From NCBI RefSeq assembly GCF_028368995.1, contig NZ_JAQNDL010000002.1:1120001-1184000 (forward strand): 64,000 nt of DNA, in the 5' to 3' direction. Source of the DNA: Nannocystis bainbridge. GTDB lineage: Bacteria; Myxococcota_A; Polyangia; Nannocystales; Nannocystaceae. The notes beneath the pieces are model-generated. The model saw only the letters and a list, made by a program, of their open reading frames with translations. It did not search any database and was not told the DNA's origin. Positions within the stretch are counted from its first letter, which is position 1; each line of letters opens with the position of its first letter. Positions 57,916-64,000 of the stretch are shown piece by piece. Made by a program: the position numbers and the translations under genes.

Positions 57916-59054
57916 ATGGCGCAACAGCGGAAATCAGGCCAGCCGAGCGGCGGCCAGATCCTGGGAAATCTCCAGGGGAAGCTCAAATCGGTGACGGGAG
58001 GCGGCGGCGGTTCGGGCTGGTTCGACTGGGTGTGGATCGGCGGGGCGCTGATCGCCGGGCTGGTCTTGATGACGACCTCGTTCACGGCGATCGAGCCCGG
58101 CCAGGTCGCGGTGCGGATCAACAACATCACCGGCGGGCTGACGACAGTGACGCAGCCGGGCTGGATCACGCGGATGCCGTTCGGCATCCACTCGGTCTAC
58201 GTGCTCGATGCCAGCCCGCAGACGTTCTCGATGCACGGCTCGAAGAACGTCGACGACCTCGAGGTCAGCGAGCTGACGGTGCGCGCGAGCGACGGCTCGA
58301 ACTTCCACTTCTCCGACACGACGATCATCTTCCAGCTGTCCGGCGCCGAGGCGCAGACGGTCATCCGCGACGGCGGTGAGGACCGCGGCTTCCTCAAGTG
58401 GATGCGCCCGTACGTGCGCGCCATCCTGCGCGACGAGTTCGGCCGCGAGTCGACGATCTCGGTGTCGAACCCGACCAAATTCGGCGAGGCGACCGAGCGC
58501 GCCAAGAGCCGGCTCAACGAGCTGCTCGGGGTGCACGGGGTGATCGTGACCCAGATCGTGACGCCGCGGCCGCAGTTCAACGACGAGTACGAGAAGCTGA
58601 TCGAGGAGCGCAACAAGCTCGGCAACCAGCTCGAGGTCATCAAGTCCAACCTCGCGGCGGCCGGGACCAGCCGCGAGCGCCGGCTCGCCGAGGTCAACCG
58701 CGATCAGAACCGCCTGATCCAGGAGAAGCGCACCGAGCTCGAGTCGGCGCTGGCGACCGCGATCGCGGCCCAGGCCGACGCGACCCGCGAGGCCGACACT
58801 TACAAGATCTCGAAGGTCGCCGAGGGGCAGGCGGCCCTCAGCGCCGCCAGGCAGCAGGCGACCGAGCTGCGCGGCCAGCTCGAAGCGGTCTACCGCGCGC
58901 GCAAGGCCGAGATCGACGCGTTCCGCACGCAACCGGTCGAGCGCGTGATGGAGCGCCTGGGTGAGCGCCTGCGCGGAGTGACGATAGCGATCGAGCCGTG
59001 GGCCAACGACGCCAGCCCGTCGCGCGTCGAGATCGAGAAGATCGGGGGTGCGCA

Positions 59055-59058
<4 letters not shown>
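57916..59058 (+). CDS. SPFH/band-7 domain protein
   Basis: [16 protein letters not shown], coiled-coil C-terminus. Confidence 0.8.
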
Positions 59059-60266
<1,208 letters not shown>

Positions 60267-60372
60267 GCGAACCCGTGAAGGGGTGAAGCAGCGACGCGTG
60301 GCCGTGAGGCGCGCGTCGCTTTTCTGTTCGTGGGTCGCGCGCTTCGCTCGTAGTTCGCAGAGCGACGGCGAC

Positions 60373-61119
60373 CTACGGTCCGCGCGCGACCAGCAGGCCG
60401 TCGGCGACCAGGCCGGCCAGCAGCTCGTCGGCCTCGTGCGGCTCGGCGCCCAGGCGCACCGCCTCGGCCGTCAGCTCGGCGCGCGGGCGGCCGTCGCCAG
60501 CGAATTGAAGCAAGCGGACGAGCGGTTCGCTGGCTGTCCCGAGAGACACCTCGCCGCCGGGGCCGGCCTCGACCAGCAGCGGCTCGCGGTCGGGCCCGCG
60601 GGGCGGCTTCTCGCGTGCGGAGCGGGCGGTCGCCAGGGTCGTCGCGGGGTCGGGCCCGAGGCGGGCGCGCATGCGCTCGAGGCAGGCGAGGCTGCCTTTC
60701 GGGACCCGCAGCGGGGCCACGCATGGGTTGCACGCCAGGCCCTCGCCGGCGCCGGGGCGCGGGCGGCGGGCGTGGGCGATCGCCGCTTCGATCCGGCCTG
60801 GGCCACCGGCCTGTCCTCCGAGCCATGTCCCGAAGGACATGGCCATCGAACCATGTTCGAACACGCAGGTGCGGAACGCCGCCGACGAGAAGAACGCGTC
60901 GACCGCCGGCACGCCGAGCAGCGCCGCCGTGGCCGGGTACTCCTCGAGCAGGGCGTGCACGGCCCGGGCGCGGCGGTACGGATCGACGGTCAGGGCCCGG
61001 GGGTCGACGGCGCGCAGCAGCGACCGCTCGCGCTCGGCCAGCTCGGGCAGCGGCCCGGCGCCGCGCACCGCCGCGGCGTAGGCGGGGTCGAGGTGCATGC
61101 AGACGAGCGCGGCCTGCAC
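60373..61119 (-). CDS. Hypothetical protein, probable MNIO partner (DUF2063-like position; start uncertain)
   Basis: Immediately downstream of DUF692; LLEEYPATAALLG...FF pattern; C-terminal winged-helix-like ELLAGLVADGLL. Confidence 0.55.
   Translation of the reverse strand: MQAALVCMHLDPAYAAAVRGAGPLPELAERERSLLRAVDPRALTVDPYRRARAVHALLEEYPATAALLGVPAVDAFFSSAAFRTCVFEHGSMAMSFGTWLGGQAGGPGRIEAAIAHARRPRPGAGEGLACNPCVAPLRVPKGSLACLERMRARLGPDPATTLATARSAREKPPRGPDREPLLVEAGPGGEVSLGTASEPLVRLLQFAGDGRPRAELTAEAVRLGAEPHEADELLAGLVADGLLVARGP
60812..60867. repeat. 4-unit 14-bp array within the MNIO-partner gene
   Basis: tgtcc-tccg-agcca, tgtcc-cgaa-ggaca, tggcc-atcg-aacca, tgttc-gaac-acgca. Confidence 0.8.
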
Positions 61120-61139
61120 GCGGCGAGGGTCGAGGCGGC

Positions 61140-62021
61140 TCAGGCGGCCTCCGGGCCGCGCGCGGGCCACAGCGCGGCCACGCGGTCGAACAGCGGCAGC
61201 ACGGCGTCGATCGGGTTGCGCTCGCACTCGACGACGATCGAGCGCAGGTTGACCGCGCGCCGGGCCGCCTCGTTGGCGATGTCCCAGGTGTCCGGGAGGA
61301 CCTCCGTGCCGTGATCGTCCTCGACCCACGCGAGCCCGGCGGTGTCGTGGACGCGACCGCCGGCGACGTGCAGCTCGACCACGCGGTCCCACGGGAACCC
61401 GTCGAAGCCGGTCCGCGGGGCGTGGCCGCGGGCCCGCTGGAACATGGCCAGGTGGGCGCAGTCGAGCAGCAGCCCGGTGTCGGCGCGCTCGGCGACGCGG
61501 GCGAAGAAGTCGAGCAGGTGCATGTCGCCGACGAACGCGGCGCCCGGCGGGTTCTCGGGCAGCACCTCGAGGCCGGTCGCCTCGCGCAGCGCCTGCAGGC
61601 CGTCAGCCAGCGGCCCGATCGCCTCCTCGACGAGGATCGGCGGCAGCAGCAGCATGTGCCCGCGGTCGCGGCGGCCGAGGTGCCACAGCCCGGCGTCGCC
61701 GCACAGCCACGCCGGCCGCAGCTCGCCGGCGATCGTGCGCACGGCGGCCAGCCACTCGGGGTCGAAGTCTTCGGGCTCGTCGAGGTTGATGTCGAGGAAG
61801 TGGTAGGTGGTGGGCAGGCCGGCGGCGGCCCACGCCCGCGCGTCGTCGTCGAGGCCCTTGACGACCTCGACGCCGACCTCGAGGAAGCCGGCGCAGTCGG
61901 GCCGGCGCCGCCGCAGCTCGAGCGGGTCGAGCGCGCCGTCCTGGCGCCGCGCGCCGTACTCGGTGCTGACGCCGAGGCCGAGGCGCGGCAGGGCGCGGAC
62001 GCGGTCGAGGAAGTCGGGCAT
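61140..62021 (-). CDS. DUF692 family multinuclear non-heme iron oxidase (MNIO)
   Basis: LGLG N-terminus, LPENPP, GLLLDCAHL, VVELHVAGG, DDHG, VVECE. Confidence 0.85.
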   Translation of the reverse strand: MPDFLDRVRALPRLGLGVSTEYGARRQDGALDPLELRRRRPDCAGFLEVGVEVVKGLDDDARAWAAAGLPTTYHFLDINLDEPEDFDPEWLAAVRTIAGELRPAWLCGDAGLWHLGRRDRGHMLLLPPILVEEAIGPLADGLQALREATGLEVLPENPPGAAFVGDMHLLDFFARVAERADTGLLLDCAHLAMFQRARGHAPRTGFDGFPWDRVVELHVAGGRVHDTAGLAWVEDDHGTEVLPDTWDIANEAARRAVNLRSIVVECERNPIDAVLPLFDRVAALWPARGPEAA

Positions 62022-62099
62022 TCGGGACAGGTCCGTGAGAACATGTCCGATCGGGCAGGTCCTCAAGGACATGCCCGTTCGGACATGGCAGATCGGTCA
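62016..62099. repeat. 6-unit 14-bp array filling the GST-DUF692 spacer
   Basis: gggca-ttcg-ggaca, ggtcc-gtga-gaaca, tgtcc-gatc-gggca, ggtcc-tcaa-ggaca, tgccc-gttc-ggaca, tggca-gatc-ggtca. Confidence 0.9.
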
Positions 62100-62720
62100 G
62101 CCGGCTTCGACCGCGCGGTTGGCCGGGCGGCTGACGCAGCGCTCGATCCACGCGCCGACGGCCGGGTAGGCGGCGATGTCGGTCTTGATGAAGCTCAGGG
62201 CCCAGGCGAGCGCCGCGGCGTTCGCGGCGTCGACGAGGGTGAAGCCGCTGCCGACCAGGTACTCGCGGCCCTGCAGGCGCTGGTCGAGGACCTTGAGCGC
62301 GGCCTCGAACTCCTTGGTGGCGGCCTCGGCCTGGAGGGCGTTGCGCGAGTCGGCGGGGAACCACTCGCTGGTGTTGAAGAAGATGCGGAAGATGGTGCCG
62401 CCGAGGGTGACCGAGCCCCACACGCTCCACGACAGCGCCTCGGCGTACTCGCTGGAGCCGACGCGCGGCCACAGGCCCTTGTCGACGCCGAAGCGGTCGC
62501 CGAGGTAGAGGATGATCGCCAGCGACTCGAACAACGGGGTGCCGTCGACGACCAGCGCGGGCACCTTGCCGTTGGGGTTGATGGCCAGGAATTCGGGCTT
62601 GTGCTGGTCGCCGGCGCGGAGGTCCAGCTTGACCTTGTCGTAAGGGACGCCGAGCTCCTCGAGGACCCAGTGGACGCGTGAGGCGCTCGTGTGGGGGGTG
62701 TAATAGAACGTGATCGACAT
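62097..62720 (-). CDS. Glutathione S-transferase family protein
   Basis: LEELG..Y, INPNGKVPAL, LFESLAI, YLVG..FTLVD. Confidence 0.92.
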   Translation of the reverse strand: MSITFYYTPHTSASRVHWVLEELGVPYDKVKLDLRAGDQHKPEFLAINPNGKVPALVVDGTPLFESLAIILYLGDRFGVDKGLWPRVGSSEYAEALSWSVWGSVTLGGTIFRIFFNTSEWFPADSRNALQAEAATKEFEAALKVLDQRLQGREYLVGSGFTLVDAANAAALAWALSFIKTDIAAYPAVGAWIERCVSRPANRAVEAG

Positions 62721-62795
62721 GGGGCCTGGTCTCCGCGGGTTATGTACGCGATCGGGCGGCGCAGGGGTAGGCGAGCGCAGCGGTCGGGGCTCGGG

Positions 62796-63998
62796 TCAGG
62801 TGGGGATGCAGTGGACCAGCAGCCACTGGTTGCTGGTGCCGGGGCCGATCTCGCGGCGCTCGAGCGCTTCGAGGCGCAGGTCGAGCGCGGCGGCGGCGGC
62901 CTCGATCCGCCGGACGGCCGCGGCCGCGTCGTCGTTGCGGTAGTGCTCGCGGCGGGCGCTCGAGCGCTCGCCGCGGGTGGTCTGCGCCGGCGTGCGAGCC
63001 AGGCCGAACGCTGTGTTGTCGCAGACGACGAGCACGCCGCCGGGCCGCAGTCGCGACAGGGCCGTGACGAGCACGCGATCGGGGTCGCGCAGGTGGTTGT
63101 AGCTGCGCAGGATCGTGACGGCGTCGAAGCGGCGTTCGCCGAGCTCGAGCGCCTCGGCGTCGCCGCGCTCGAGCGTCGCGCCGGGCGGCAGGCGGGCGCG
63201 CAGGCGGGTCAGCGCGGCCTCGTCGGGGTCGACGCCGGTGTAGCGGATCCCGCCGGCGGCGATCCGCGGGGCCAGGACCTCGAGGTAGGGCGCGTCGCCG
63301 CAGCCGAGGTCGAGGACGTCGCCGACGAGCGCGGCGAGGCGGGCGCGCACGGCCGCGTCGTCGCGGGTAAAGATGTCCTCGAAGACAGGTTCGAACATCC
63401 CCGTGCACGCGGAGAAGTGCGGGCAGCCGGCGCACAGCGGGCTGCGGGTCAGCGGCACCAGCTCGCGGGCGAAGTCCTGCGGCGCCGGACCGCGGGCGGC
63501 GTCGACGTAGACCTGGCCGAGGTCGTGCTTGACCGCGGCGATCTCCTCGTCGGTGAAGTCGCGGGTGTCGGCGCGGTAGCGGGCGATCGCGGCGCCGCGG
63601 CGGACGAACAGGTGACGGCCGCGCTCCCACGGGGTGACGCCGAGCGGCCCCTGTCGCAAGGGACAGGTGCCCTCGGCGGCCTCGTGCACCGCCTCGAGCG
63701 TGTAGTTGAAGGAGTTGGCGCGCGGGCGATCGGTGACCGGGCGCAGCTCGCCGGCGCCGTGGACCTCGTGGTAGCCGCGGTAGAGCCCGGGGCAGCCGCC
63801 GCGCAGGCTGCAGCCGTCGCAGGCCGGCGGGTGGCGCTTGTTGTCGTCGTCGACCGGGAACAGGTCGGGCTCGCCGATCTCGACCATGGTCCAGTAGCGG
63901 TGGCTGCGGAGGTCGCTGTAGCTGTCCTCGAGGCCAGGTACGAGGCAGCGTGGGATGCCGCCGTGCTGGACCCGGACGCCGCGCTCGCGGGCGTGCGC
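62796..63998 (-). CDS. C-terminal part of a probable radical-SAM protein fused to a class I methyltransferase (5' end outside the window)
   Basis: Frame open to the edge: GIPRCL...CDGCSLRGGCPG, a second CAGCPHFSACTG, then VLDLGCGD...LRPGG; the CxxxCxxC core is not in the window. Confidence 0.6.
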   Translation of the reverse strand, partial: AHARERGVRVQHGGIPRCLVPGLEDSYSDLRSHRYWTMVEIGEPDLFPVDDDNKRHPPACDGCSLRGGCPGLYRGYHEVHGAGELRPVTDRPRANSFNYTLEAVHEAAEGTCPLRQGPLGVTPWERGRHLFVRRGAAIARYRADTRDFTDEEIAAVKHDLGQVYVDAARGPAPQDFARELVPLTRSPLCAGCPHFSACTGMFEPVFEDIFTRDDAAVRARLAALVGDVLDLGCGDAPYLEVLAPRIAAGGIRYTGVDPDEAALTRLRARLPPGATLERGDAEALELGERRFDAVTILRSYNHLRDPDRVLVTALSRLRPGGVLVVCDNTAFGLARTPAQTTRGERSSARREHYRNDDAAAAVRRIEAAAAALDLRLEALERREIGPGTSNQWLLVHCIPT

Positions 63999-64000
63999 GG

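Overview
High-GC chromosomal DNA, most likely from a myxobacterium; this is an inference from the GltJ/AgmX-like protein, FHA/zinc-ribbon proteins, FHA-sigma54 activator, extra Hsp70 and lipoprotein style. It is mostly core genome: mutS, xerC, a J-domain/Hsp70 paralogue pair, pyrK-pyrD, psd, a sigma-70 factor, folD, parAB, lon, dnaK, purH-purD-DUF1015-hisZ-purA, tRNA-Cys, a Ktr K+ system and two SPFH genes. At the right end is a truncated radical-SAM/GST/DUF692 (MNIO) RiPP-like cluster. No CRISPR, IS or prophage is visible. The most striking unexplained signal is a 14-bp palindrome, TGTCC-N4-GGACA, at about 30 loci counted by eye. It often forms head-to-tail arrays in exact 14-bp phase (up to 6 units), both between genes and inside conserved coding sequences, where it forces rare codons. 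This suggests a chromosome-wide protein-binding code I do not recognise.
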